Source: Candidatus Moraniibacteriota bacterium (GTDB lineage: Bacteria; Patescibacteriota; Minisyncoccia; Moranbacterales; GCA-2747515). From it: a stretch of DNA of 64,000 bases. The DNA is taken from the NCBI GenBank assembly GCA_027031495.1, contig JALVQA010000006.1, forward strand, positions 16,952-80,951. Direction: 5' to 3'. Shown here piece after piece: positions 19,861 to 29,501 of the stretch (position 1 is its first letter; each line of letters starts with the position of its first letter). The notes under the pieces were generated by a model. The model did not search any database and had not been told where the DNA came from. It saw only the letters and a list, made by a program, of their open reading frames with translations. Made by a program: the position numbers and the translations under genes.

Positions 19861-20266
19861 ACAAGGTGTCAATTTCTCTAATTACGGTACATGTCTGTAC
19901 GATGATATCGTACTTTTTGTACCGGTGCCGGTGGTATGCGCACACGATGTGTGCGATGTCCTTTTTCCGGCGGTCTTGTTTTTACGGCAGTTCTGTTTCT
20001 TGTTTTTTCTATGATAAGCAGAAATATAATGAGAAGAAGTGATTGTTTTTGTTTCATGATAACCCCCGTCGTGATGTTGTTGACGTGCATTTTTTTCTCA
20101 TGGTGAATATGAATCTGCGTCTGCGACGTGCGCAAATTGCCTCCGTGAGAGTTTTATATGCGTTCCGTTGCCTGTACCGTTTCCGAAACATAATCTTTTC
20201 CTCCTTTTTTGTAAAAGAAATGGTATACTAAATATAGCAAAAGTGAACTTTTTTGTACAGATAATT

Positions 20267-21868
20267 ATGGTTGAGCGCTTTGTTGCACGTATGGTAAATC
20301 ATGCGAATACTTCCACACAAACACTCCTTGTTGGCGTGAACGTCTTTGTTGCGGTAATAATGCTTGTTTTTTGGCACACCAGCGTTATACCAATTGTACA
20401 TAGTGGCACGTTCGTGTTTTGTGTATTCCTTCTTTTTCTCTTTGCGCTCTATCGGCCACGGTGGCTTTTTTTCTTTTTTGTTGGCATGTTGCCATTTGAA
20501 ATTGTAAATCTTGTACCGGACAATGTTGGTGTACATGTGCGTCCTTATCAACTTATAGGTGTCGTGTTGTTGTGTGCGACTGTTGTACGTATGTTGAGCG
20601 GTCGCGCGCCACGACGCATGTTTCGGTTGCGTTGGTGGGATTTTATGCCTGTCGTGTTTATTTGCAGTAGTTTTGTGGCGGTCTTTTTTGCACACGATAC
20701 GCACAATGCCATGATGCAAACAATAATTGCAGGGTCGTTTGTGGCGTGGTATTTTCTTGCGCGGTATTATGTGCGCGGACCATTAACTGCGCGTACGGCA
20801 CTCGCATTTTTTCTTTCAAGTAGTATAGTTACAGTGCTCTACGGTATATGGCAGAATTGGCAATTTCTTTCCGCTGGTGTCGTTGGTGTAATGGCAGCAC
20901 GTCCGCATGCGACGTTTGCCGAGCCGGATTGGTTCGGCGTCTTTCTTGTTTTTTTAAGTGCGCTTATTTACGGCATCCTTTATGCTTTGTACGTACAGTG
21001 CAACAAGGATTCTCGTACTAAATGCGGCGTTCGCTACTGGTTCTTTAGCGGTACGATGCTTTTGTATCTACTTATTGTGTATATTGCACTTATTATTACG
21101 GTGTCGCGCAGTGCGTGGGTTGGTGCTGTTGCGGTTGTTTGTGCTTTGTGCATGTACTGTGTCATACGTGCGCAATGGCGCGTATTTCTCTATACACTGG
21201 CAACAAGTAGTGTTCTTGCATTTAGCGCATACCTGATTGTCGTCACTGTTCCGTTGACAACATTTGATCTGGCTGATCGTGCCGTAAGTACAAGTAATGG
21301 TTTACAGGAAATTACTGTTGCATGCGACACGCAATTACAGGCAGATGCGGTAACACGTATTGGACGCATTGAAAATATTGCGCAGCTTACTGATTTTAAC
21401 TGTCGCCATATTAATCTTGAAGAAGTGGCTGCATTGCACCGTGCCGGCTACAGTATTACGCATGTTATGCGACCAGATCCGTCTAGCAGTGTACGCAGGG
21501 AGATTTATGCGAAAGTATTTTCTTTATTGCAGGAGCGGTGGACGATTCCGCTTTTTGGTGTAGGATGGGCACAGGCCAATCTTGGCTATGATGCGCAAGG
21601 TATGCGTCTTAACACAAGTAATCTCTTTCTGGAAATATGGCTTGGTGCTGGCATTGCTGGTCTCTGTGCTTTCTGCGCGCTTCTTGGAAGCATCGTGTGG
21701 CGTGGCATACGTGCTGCAATTTACAGTACTAGACGTGCGATATGTTTCTACGGTCTTTTTGTAGTTATCGGCACTGTGGCACTCGTTGTACCAAATCTGT
21801 TTAATGCTGGTGTTTTTCTCGGTTTCTTGTGGGTGTTCTTAGGAAGTGTTGCTACTGTACGCAAATGA
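20267..21868 (+). CDS. O-antigen ligase / Wzy-like membrane protein (Wzy_C family)
   Basis: TVSRSAWVGAV (the O-antigen ligase SRxxW(L/V)G motif), a large extracytoplasmic loop of about 95 aa and a terminal NLFLEIWLGAGIAGL. The start is set at the first ATG after the TGGTATACT -10 at 20222-20230. No clear SD, so the start is uncertain. Confidence 0.6.
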   Translation: MVERFVARMVNHANTSTQTLLVGVNVFVAVIMLVFWHTSVIPIVHSGTFVFCVFLLFLFALYRPRWLFFFFVGMLPFEIVNLVPDNVGVHVRPYQLIGVVLLCATVVRMLSGRAPRRMFRLRWWDFMPVVFICSSFVAVFFAHDTHNAMMQTIIAGSFVAWYFLARYYVRGPLTARTALAFFLSSSIVTVLYGIWQNWQFLSAGVVGVMAARPHATFAEPDWFGVFLVFLSALIYGILYALYVQCNKDSRTKCGVRYWFFSGTMLLYLLIVYIALIITVSRSAWVGAVAVVCALCMYCVIRAQWRVFLYTLATSSVLAFSAYLIVVTVPLTTFDLADRAVSTSNGLQEITVACDTQLQADAVTRIGRIENIAQLTDFNCRHINLEEVAALHRAGYSITHVMRPDPSSSVRREIYAKVFSLLQERWTIPLFGVGWAQANLGYDAQGMRLNTSNLFLEIWLGAGIAGLCAFCALLGSIVWRGIRAAIYSTRRAICFYGLFVVIGTVALVVPNLFNAGVFLGFLWVFLGSVATVRK

Positions 21869-22030
21869 TGTTTACGATATGGATTTTGATTATTTAGATT
21901 TATTTTTTGAGCCATGAATAAATTGATTATTGTGTGCGGTTTGTCCGCTACCGACAAGACAACAATTGTACGTTTTGTTTCTGACAACAAGGAGGTGTAG
22001 CGTAAATAAAAAATATAAGAAAATTTTTTT

Positions 22031-23185
22031 ATGAAAATTGCAATTGATGTGCGCAACATTGGACGCCACAGAACAGGAAGCGAAGTGGTTGTGCGTGAGT
22101 TAACAAAACACATAGTAGCGATTGATCGTGAAAATGAGTATTTTCTTCTTACTGATACGGATGATGATGCTGTTATTGGGTACATACGAGAAAAGGTTGC
22201 TGTGGCAGATAGAAAAAATGTCCATATCGTTTCACTGTGTGCGCGCAATAAATTTACGTGGTCGGCGTGGCATGTATGGCGGTGGGCACGGAAAGAACGT
22301 ATTGACATTTATCACACGGAGTATATAGTGCCATTCTTTTTGCCACGTTATGTAAAGGTGTTAACGCACATTCACGACGTGTCATTTGCTGCACTGCCGT
22401 CATATATCGGCAAGAAGGATTTGTTCTTTTTACGTTTGCTTATTCCGTACTCTTTGCGTCGTGCAACACGTATTATCGCGATTTCACAATTCACGCATGA
22501 TGAAATCATAAAATACTATCATATACAAAAAGAAAAAATTGTTATTATTAGCAATGCGCTTCCACCGCTTTTTGAGCGTCATGCGACAGACCGTGACATT
22601 GAACGTGTGCGTGCACGTTATAATCTGCCGCAGAAATATATTTTTACGCTTGGCACGATGCAACCGCGTAAAAACATTCCATTCTTGATTGAGGCATTCG
22701 CACGAAGAGCTCATGACATGCCTGATATCGCACTGGTATTGTCAGGGAAGCGCGGGTATCATTTTGATACGGTAATTAATGAAACAATTGCACGTTATGG
22801 TGAGGTTGCAAAACGTATTATCTTCACCGGTTTTGTTGACGATGATGACTTGCCCGCTGTCTATGCCGGAGCTGACGTATTTGCTTTTCCATCGCTTTAT
22901 GAAGGTTTTGGTCTACCGCTCTTGGAGGCCATGAGTCAAGATGTGCTGGTTGTTGCGAGTGATATTCCTGTCTTTAGAGAAGTGGCGGGTGACGCGGCTA
23001 TATATGCCGATTCATCAGATCTTGATAGTTTTGCAAATGCACTTTATACTATGGTTATGTGTGCCGCACCTGCACGTGCGCGCTTTGTGCGTGCGGGGCG
23101 TGAGCGTGTACGATTGTTTTCGTGGCGAAAATCTGCACAAGAGATGCGTGCACTTTTTGCGCAGATTTCTCGTATAAATCTTTGA
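22031..23185 (+). CDS. Glycosyltransferase family 4
   Basis: EGFGLPLLEAMSQDVLVVASDIPVFREV. 384 aa. Confidence 0.8.
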   Translation: MKIAIDVRNIGRHRTGSEVVVRELTKHIVAIDRENEYFLLTDTDDDAVIGYIREKVAVADRKNVHIVSLCARNKFTWSAWHVWRWARKERIDIYHTEYIVPFFLPRYVKVLTHIHDVSFAALPSYIGKKDLFFLRLLIPYSLRRATRIIAISQFTHDEIIKYYHIQKEKIVIISNALPPLFERHATDRDIERVRARYNLPQKYIFTLGTMQPRKNIPFLIEAFARRAHDMPDIALVLSGKRGYHFDTVINETIARYGEVAKRIIFTGFVDDDDLPAVYAGADVFAFPSLYEGFGLPLLEAMSQDVLVVASDIPVFREVAGDAAIYADSSDLDSFANALYTMVMCAAPARARFVRAGRERVRLFSWRKSAQEMRALFAQISRINL

Positions 23186-23199
23186 TTTTGATTATTTTT

Positions 23200-24315
23200 A
23201 TGAAAAAAATTGTCATTCTTGCAGTATTTGTTATTAGTATTGGTCTCGGCGTTTTTTTGTGGAAGACAGGGGTTATTATGAATAAAGTTTCGACAAATAT
23301 AAATGTTCTTGGTTCAATTGCACAAAACTTGCCACTAAAGAATAAAAAAGTGCTCAAAGGTGAGGAAGAAGGACGTATAAATGTCGCGCTTCTTGGTATG
23401 CGCGGTAGGGGTGTTGATGGTGGCGGCCTTCTTACGGATACAATTATTATTGCGAGTTATTTTCCGCAACGCAATGAAATGACAATGGTCTCCATTCCGC
23501 GCGATTTAGCTATCAATGCACAAGGTGAGCGTATCAATAAGGTTTACTACGATGGCACACAAAATGGTGGTGGTGATAAAGGTGGTTTTGAGGCAATGAG
23601 AAAAGTTCTTTCCGAAGTAACAGGTCAACCGATTCACTATATTGTGCGTATTAACTTCAAGGGTTTTGAGCAAATGATTGATGCGGTTGGTGGTGTTACG
23701 ATTACACGAGACACACCGTTTATTGAGCCACTACAATTTCATGAAAAGCGTGTTTGTGATGGAGATAAAGGTGGCGTCTTTACTGTGCCGAGTGGAGATT
23801 ATGATATTAAGCGTAATAAAAAGGGTCGCATTGTCGCGCAATATCCACTTTGCTATAATAAAACGGAAGAGTGTGGCGGTGTTTTTCGTGTGCCAGCGGG
23901 TACGACAGTGCTTGATGGTGAAAAGGCGTTATGCTATGCACGTGCGCGCGTAACGAGTAGTGATTTTGATCGTGCGCGACGACAGCAAGAAATTATCAAT
24001 GCTTTTCAGGAAAAAGCATTGAGTGTCGGCACGCTAACGGATTTTTCAAAAATAAATGCGCTTCTTAATGCGCTTGGTGACAATGTGCAGACAGATATGC
24101 AGTTGTGGGAGATGCAGCGCTTCTTTGATCTCTATAAGGAAAATGGCTTCCCACGTCTTGTGGATCAACGTGTTTTGGATAATGCGGAAGACGGCCTCCT
24201 CTACGCGCCAAAAGGTGCTGGCGAGAACGGCGCCCCGTATATTCTCCGTCCGCGTGGTGATAATTACGAACGTATTCATGAATTGTTTGCAGAAATTGCC
24301 AAAGAAAAAGAATAA
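23200..24315 (+). CDS. LytR-CpsA-Psr (LCP) family glycopolymer phosphotransferase
   Basis: N-terminal TM followed by the LCP core: ALLGMRGRGVDGGGLLTDTIIIASYF...MTMVSIPRD...INFKGFEQMIDAVGGVTI...ALCYARAR. The internal start MKKIVIL avoids overlap with the upstream GT4. Confidence 0.8.
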   Translation: MKKIVILAVFVISIGLGVFLWKTGVIMNKVSTNINVLGSIAQNLPLKNKKVLKGEEEGRINVALLGMRGRGVDGGGLLTDTIIIASYFPQRNEMTMVSIPRDLAINAQGERINKVYYDGTQNGGGDKGGFEAMRKVLSEVTGQPIHYIVRINFKGFEQMIDAVGGVTITRDTPFIEPLQFHEKRVCDGDKGGVFTVPSGDYDIKRNKKGRIVAQYPLCYNKTEECGGVFRVPAGTTVLDGEKALCYARARVTSSDFDRARRQQEIINAFQEKALSVGTLTDFSKINALLNALGDNVQTDMQLWEMQRFFDLYKENGFPRLVDQRVLDNAEDGLLYAPKGAGENGAPYILRPRGDNYERIHELFAEIAKEKE

Positions 24316-24333
24316 AAGTAGCGTTTTAAAAGC

Positions 24334-25167
24334 ATGACAAAGTCGTCGGAGCACAAACCGTACGTAACAATCGCTATCAATAGCTATCGCAATGCACCGA
24401 TGTTGCGCTTGTGTATCAAATCTGTGCAAGAGACAGCAAAAGACCTTGATTACGAGCTCATTGTTGCAGATAGCGCAACACAAGATGATACACGTGATTT
24501 GATGCGTCAGGAGTTTCCGAGTGTTACTTTTTTACCCGATAAGAAAAACATCGGTTTTGGCGCGATGGTAAACAAATGCCTGAAACATGCGCACGGAAAA
24601 TATATCTTTCTAATCAATTCCGACACCATTTTAGAATCAACAACGTTACATGATTTATGTGCGTATTTTGATGCGCATCCTCACATTGGCATTCTTGCAC
24701 CGGCTCAAAAATCTTTTAGTGGTGAAATTGTACCAACGTACTTCCGCTTTTATCATCCACTTACAGTTGTTTATCGACGCACGCCGCTGGGACGTCTTCC
24801 TTTTGCGCAGAGGCATCTTGCTCGCTTTGAAATGCGTGACTATGACCGACGTGTACCAAAGGAAGTTGATTGGGTAATTGGCAGTGCGATGATGGTGCAA
24901 CGTGAAAAAGTAAAAGAGGTTGGTGGGATGGATCCGCGTTTCTTTATGTATATGGAGGACGTTGATTGGTGTCGTCGTTTTTGGGAAAGAGGATATTCTG
25001 TTGTGTATGTACCACACATCACTCTCTATCACTACTATGGCAAGGGAAGTGCTGCCGGAGGATTTTGGCGATCTTTGTTGTTAAACCGTTTAACATGGAT
25101 CCATATTGAGAGTGCGTTGAAGTATTTTATAAAATACTGGGGCGCGAAAAATCCTCGGAAACAGTAG
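24334..25167 (+). CDS. Glycosyltransferase family 2
   Basis: VTIAINSYRN...ELIVADSATQD, the DxD-type INSDTIL region and a conserved GT2 C-terminus. 277 aa. Confidence 0.75.
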   Translation: MTKSSEHKPYVTIAINSYRNAPMLRLCIKSVQETAKDLDYELIVADSATQDDTRDLMRQEFPSVTFLPDKKNIGFGAMVNKCLKHAHGKYIFLINSDTILESTTLHDLCAYFDAHPHIGILAPAQKSFSGEIVPTYFRFYHPLTVVYRRTPLGRLPFAQRHLARFEMRDYDRRVPKEVDWVIGSAMMVQREKVKEVGGMDPRFFMYMEDVDWCRRFWERGYSVVYVPHITLYHYYGKGSAAGGFWRSLLLNRLTWIHIESALKYFIKYWGAKNPRKQ

Positions 25168-25197
25168 TTTTTTTACATTTCTATATAGAAAAAAGAT

Positions 25198-26466
25198 ATG
25201 TATACAAGTGATCCTTTTGAAACAATTGAACAAGAAGGTGTCCACCGTACTTACAAACGTGTTTTTTGGGCTACACTTTTTCTTGTTGCCGTTGGTCTCA
25301 GTTATTGGCTTGGGCGTCTTCATGCTTATTATGATATGCCACCGGCTCGTAGTACAGCTGCTTCAGTTGCAAAATATGACAACAATGCATCTAATGCATC
25401 CGTGGACTTTAGTCTTTTTTGGGACGCGTGGGATGTTCTTAAAAAGAGATACGTTGATCGTGGCACTCTTGATGATCAAAGGCTTCTTTATGGCGCAATT
25501 GATGGCATGCTTGCAGCTACTGATGATCCGTATACAACATTTTTTGACCCGGAAGAGCTAAAAAGTTTTAATGAGGAGATTACAGGTTCATTTGAGGGGA
25601 TTGGTGCTGAAATTGGTGTGCGTGACGGTGTTTTGACTATCATTGCACCGCTGGAAGGGTCGCCGGCGGAAAAAGCAGGATTGCGTCCATCGGATCTAAT
25701 TCTCAAAATTGATGATACGTTTACGGCTGATCTAAATATACAAGAGGCAGTTGATCTTATACGTGGTCCACGGGGAACGCCGGTTGTGCTTTCCATCTAT
25801 CGCAAAGGCGCTGATCATGCAAAGGATGTTACCGTCATCCGTGACAAGATCTTCGTCAAGAGTATAACGTATTCTGTTGAACAAGGTCATATTGGTTATA
25901 TACGCATGCGACGTTTTGGTCCGCATACAGCAGATGACTTTTATCGTGTTGCACGGGAGATTGTCGGTAATCCTGATATAACATCACTTGTAATTGATGT
26001 ACGTAATAATCCTGGTGGATATCTTAATAGCGCTGTTGACGTTGCTGGTATGATGTTACCGCAAGGAGCTGTTGTTGTTATGAGTGAGGATGCCGCTGGC
26101 GAGCGAAAGGTGCTCCGTGCGCGACAGAAAAACTTTTTAGGTCACTTGCCAACAGTTGTGTTGATCAATGAAGGAAGTGCAAGTGCATCAGAAATTCTTG
26201 CAGGTGCATTGAAGGATAATCGTAATGATGTTCGTATCGTTGGACGCAAGTCATTTGGCAAAGGGTCTGTGCAAGAGCTTATACCACTTAAAGATGGTGC
26301 CATTAAGGTGACGATAGCGAAGTGGCTCACGCCAAGTGGTAAACAAATCAATAAAGTCGGTATTACACCGGACGAAGATGTTGAGATAAGCGACGAGGAC
26401 TTTGATGCAGGGCGTGATCCGCAAAAGGAGCGTGCGCTTGAGATTGCGCGCGAAATGGCGCAATAG
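25198..26466 (+). CDS. ctpA: Carboxyl-terminal processing protease, S41 family (CtpA/Prc-like)
   Basis: N-terminal TM, a PDZ segment (GIGAEIGVRDGVLTIIAPLEGSPAEKAGL) and the S41 catalytic region VIDVRNNPGGYL...GSASASEILAGAL...GKGSVQ. Confidence 0.8.
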   Translation: MYTSDPFETIEQEGVHRTYKRVFWATLFLVAVGLSYWLGRLHAYYDMPPARSTAASVAKYDNNASNASVDFSLFWDAWDVLKKRYVDRGTLDDQRLLYGAIDGMLAATDDPYTTFFDPEELKSFNEEITGSFEGIGAEIGVRDGVLTIIAPLEGSPAEKAGLRPSDLILKIDDTFTADLNIQEAVDLIRGPRGTPVVLSIYRKGADHAKDVTVIRDKIFVKSITYSVEQGHIGYIRMRRFGPHTADDFYRVAREIVGNPDITSLVIDVRNNPGGYLNSAVDVAGMMLPQGAVVVMSEDAAGERKVLRARQKNFLGHLPTVVLINEGSASASEILAGALKDNRNDVRIVGRKSFGKGSVQELIPLKDGAIKVTIAKWLTPSGKQINKVGITPDEDVEISDEDFDAGRDPQKERALEIAREMAQ

Positions 26467-26480
26467 CGTTTATGTAATAC

Positions 26481-26509
26481 TTGACTGCATAAATGCTTTT
26501 GATATTATA
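26481..26509 (+). promoter_or_regulatory. Putative sigma-70 promoter upstream of groES
   Basis: TTGACT, a 17-nt spacer, then ATTATA. No CIRCE inverted repeat lies between it and groES. Confidence 0.45.
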
Positions 26510-26550
26510 GAGGAGGAAGAGAGTAATCCGTAATAATAGAAGACAACACA

Positions 26551-26826
26551 ATGAAGACGACAAAAATACAACCACTTGGCAAGAATGTTCTTATTAAAGT
26601 ACAAGAACAAGAAAAGAAGACAGAGAATGGCATATTCCTTCCAGATACAGCAACGGAAGAAAAACCGCAACAGGGAATTGTTATTGCGGTTGGTACTGAC
26701 GAGAATATTTCTGTCAAACCACAGCAAAAAGTTATCTACAATCGTTACGCTGGGACAGACGTTGTTGTAGATGGTGAGGAGTATCTCATTGTAAAGGATG
26801 GCGATATTCTTGCTGTTATTGGTTAG
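26551..26826 (+). CDS. groES: Co-chaperonin GroES
   Basis: Classic GroES sequence: KIQPLGKNVLIKVQEQEKKTENGIFLPDTA...YAGTDVVVDGEEYLIVKDGDILAVI. Confidence 0.9.
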   Translation: MKTTKIQPLGKNVLIKVQEQEKKTENGIFLPDTATEEKPQQGIVIAVGTDENISVKPQQKVIYNRYAGTDVVVDGEEYLIVKDGDILAVIG

Positions 26827-26852
26827 AATAAATACTTATCTCTTTTAAAGAA

Positions 26853-26888
26853 AAACATTCTCCATGCGGAGAATGTTTTTCTTTTTGC
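26853..26888. terminator. Bidirectional rho-independent terminator between the convergent genes
   Basis: 11-bp perfect stem AAACATTCTCC / GGAGAATGTTT flanked by an A-run upstream and a T-run downstream. Confidence 0.7.
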
Positions 26889-27748
26889 TAACGGTTTTCT
26901 TTTGTATGTGACGGCGATCGTTCAATGGGATTTTTGCCACGTACCCAATCAATATACCCACCCTTAAGTGTTTTGGTTGTGAAATTGAGATCATAGAGAC
27001 GAACGCCGGCACGAAAGCTATCCAACGATGTTGAGCCGTAAACTATAATATCTTTTGTTATTGGTATGGAGGAACGTCTACGTTCAATGCTGGCAAGAGG
27101 GATATTTACAGCATAAGGGATGTGACCATCATTAAACTGTGTGCGCGACCGTACATCTAAAATGAAATAATGTCGTCCTTCACCCTTCTTTTTTTGTTCA
27201 ATAATCTCACGGAGCTCCTCTGGTGTAATGTAGGTTATTTTTGAAATATCAACAATAGATTGTGGGTTACCGGCAGAGATCATAAGACCGCCAGCTCTCT
27301 TCCACGCATCTATGCCGCCAGAGAGAACAACAACGTGATCATTATTTTTCTCAAGAATCTTGACGATCTTTGAGATCGTCTCAGCATTTAATTCATCAAA
27401 TGCCACAACAACCATGTCAGCATCATAATGAGGCGTGATATTGTTTTTTACAATTTCATCTGCGGGAAGATTTGTTGAATCAACAATATGCACTTTCTCA
27501 AATTGCGTTCTTCGACGCACATCAACAATGACAACACTCTTCGGATTTCTGCGCATTTTTTTGCGAATAATAGCAGGTTCAATCTCTGTGTAATCATAAT
27601 CAATAAATGACTCATCATCTATTGATTCTGTAGTCGCAATATCGCGGAGCTCTTCACTTTTCTTATTTACGCGCATGAGGGAAAGAAAAATGACAACTAA
27701 AATGAAAAAAACACCGAGTGCGAGAACTTTTTTGTTTTTTACTGGCAT
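26888..27748 (-). CDS. Membrane-anchored tandem rhodanese-like domain protein lacking a catalytic cysteine
   Basis: N-terminal TM followed by two rhodanese-like segments (VVIVDVRRRTQFEKVHI...; YFILDVRSRTQFNDGHIPYAVNIP). The protein contains no Cys at all, so it cannot be a sulfurtransferase. Confidence 0.55.
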   Translation of the reverse strand: MPVKNKKVLALGVFFILVVIFLSLMRVNKKSEELRDIATTESIDDESFIDYDYTEIEPAIIRKKMRRNPKSVVIVDVRRRTQFEKVHIVDSTNLPADEIVKNNITPHYDADMVVVAFDELNAETISKIVKILEKNNDHVVVLSGGIDAWKRAGGLMISAGNPQSIVDISKITYITPEELREIIEQKKKGEGRHYFILDVRSRTQFNDGHIPYAVNIPLASIERRRSSIPITKDIIVYGSTSLDSFRAGVRLYDLNFTTKTLKGGYIDWVRGKNPIERSPSHTKENR

Positions 27749-27791
27749 AGTATGTCTATATAAATGTAAATATTATGTTTCTCTTTTTATT

Positions 27792-28763
27792 CTAACACAT
27801 CTCATACATTTGCGCAGAGAGAATATCGTGGTAACCGTTTATAAGTGCATGTGCGTCCATTTTTTTCTTACCTTCGATCTGAAGCTGTTCAATGCTTAGT
27901 GTACCATCAACTGTCGCAATGCAAAAAGGATATTTTTTTAAGGAAAAAACCGTACCGGGGGCATGCGTTGATATGTGTTGTAGTGGGGTAATGGCAAGTA
28001 ACTTGATGCGGAGCGGTTTTGTTCCTTCTTTTCTTTGCCACAGTGTAAAAACACCGGGCCACGGGTCAAATGCGCGGAATTGATTGTAAATATCGCGTGT
28101 TGATGATGTCTGCCATTTAATACACCCGTCGGTGCGCGAGATCACCGTGCAAAATGTTGCCTCTGCATCGTTTTGTGGTTGTAACGTGCAATTACCTTTA
28201 ATATACGCTGGCAGTGTTTTGCGTAACAGGCGTGCACCGTCATCTGCAAGAAGCGTAAAGAGTTTCGGTGCGTGCATATCCGGTCCGATGGAACGCGACG
28301 CCTGTGCAATAATAGGTCCTGTGTCAAGGTTAGCGTCCATTTTCATAAGCGTGACACCCGTCTGTGTATCACCGGCACGTATGGCACTCTGAATTGGTGA
28401 TGCGCCACGCCAACGAGGCAGGAGGGATGCGTGTATATTAACGCATCCATAACGTGGCAAATCGAGAACTTTTTGCGGTAGTATTTTGCCATATGCTGCG
28501 ACCACAATAATAGCAGGTACGTATGTTTTAAGATTTTTATAAACATGTGGCGCTGTGAGTTTCTCTGTCGGGTCGTTGATAGGGATGTTATACTTTGCGG
28601 CAAGTGTGCGGACAGGATTAAGTGCACTTTTTGATCGACTGCGCTGTTTTTTGAGTGGTTTCGTATAAACGGCGACAACATTGTATCCTTCATCAAGCAA
28701 TGCTTGCAATGCCGGCGCCGCAAAAGGACCTGTTCCCATAAAAATTGTGCGTACGTTTTTCAT
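27792..28763 (-). CDS. fmt: Methionyl-tRNA formyltransferase
   Basis: IFMGTGPFA...VVAVYTKP, HASLLPRWRGASPIQ (the formyltransferase SLLP motif) and a C-terminal Fmt domain. Lies immediately downstream of def. Confidence 0.9.
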   Translation of the reverse strand: MKNVRTIFMGTGPFAAPALQALLDEGYNVVAVYTKPLKKQRSRSKSALNPVRTLAAKYNIPINDPTEKLTAPHVYKNLKTYVPAIIVVAAYGKILPQKVLDLPRYGCVNIHASLLPRWRGASPIQSAIRAGDTQTGVTLMKMDANLDTGPIIAQASRSIGPDMHAPKLFTLLADDGARLLRKTLPAYIKGNCTLQPQNDAEATFCTVISRTDGCIKWQTSSTRDIYNQFRAFDPWPGVFTLWQRKEGTKPLRIKLLAITPLQHISTHAPGTVFSLKKYPFCIATVDGTLSIEQLQIEGKKKMDAHALINGYHDILSAQMYEMC

Positions 28764-28776
28764 TGTGGTAAACTTC

Positions 28777-29310
28777 TTATTCTATGCGGTGATTTGGTGT
28801 GGAGTCTGTAATGTCTTCTGAAAAGTGTGAACGTATGTGCGTTTGTTGTTTATAGCGGTCAATAATAAGAATGCCATCGAGATGATCAATTTCATGCTGG
28901 AATACAATGGCACGCAAGCCCTGTGCAGTAAGCGTTTGCTGTTTTCCATTTATATCAAAATATCGTACACGCACCTCCTTATTACGCACGATTGGAATAA
29001 ATGTATCCGGTACAGAAAGACATCCTTCTTCTGTCATAACAAGTTCACGCGACGCTCCTGTGATTGTGGGGTTGATACATATCAGCGGTGTATTCATACG
29101 TTCACTTGTTGTATCAACATCAATAACAATAACGCGCATGAAATCGGCAACTTGCGGTGCTGCAAGACCGATACCTTTTTGGGCACGCATAATGCGAATC
29201 ATGTCATCAACAAGCGTGCGAATTTCCGGCGCTGTCGGATCATTGACACGCTGCGCCTTTTTATGCAGATCTTCAAGATGGTCTTTTACTGTGATAAGTG
29301 CATGTGTCAT
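28777..29310 (-). CDS. def: Peptide deformylase
   Basis: The three PDF motifs are present: GIGLAAPQ, EGCLSVP and HEIDHLDG. Confidence 0.9.
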   Translation of the reverse strand: MTHALITVKDHLEDLHKKAQRVNDPTAPEIRTLVDDMIRIMRAQKGIGLAAPQVADFMRVIVIDVDTTSERMNTPLICINPTITGASRELVMTEEGCLSVPDTFIPIVRNKEVRVRYFDINGKQQTLTAQGLRAIVFQHEIDHLDGILIIDRYKQQTHIRSHFSEDITDSTPNHRIE

Positions 29311-29501
29311 ACGGTTATTATGTCTGTGTAAGCTTTAGGATATTGTAACACACAATTATGTCATAAAGTTGTAATAATGTACAGAGAATATTACAATTAA
29401 CGGGTGTTTCGTGGCAATGTTACATATTTTGTATTATACTTACAACAATATGCATTGCGCTCTCTAATTCTAGATAAAGACAAAAAATTAACTTCACCAT
29501 C

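Noticed and set aside
21869-22030. AAGGAGGTG in the leader upstream of the GT4 gene at 22031 as a start for a small ORF
   Set aside because: No ATG, GTG or TTG lies at an appropriate distance before in-frame stops. It is probably just leader sequence.
26888-27748. Calling the tandem-rhodanese protein an active thiosulfate sulfurtransferase
   Set aside because: The protein contains no cysteine, so the catalytic Cys is absent. I describe it as rhodanese-like and inactive.
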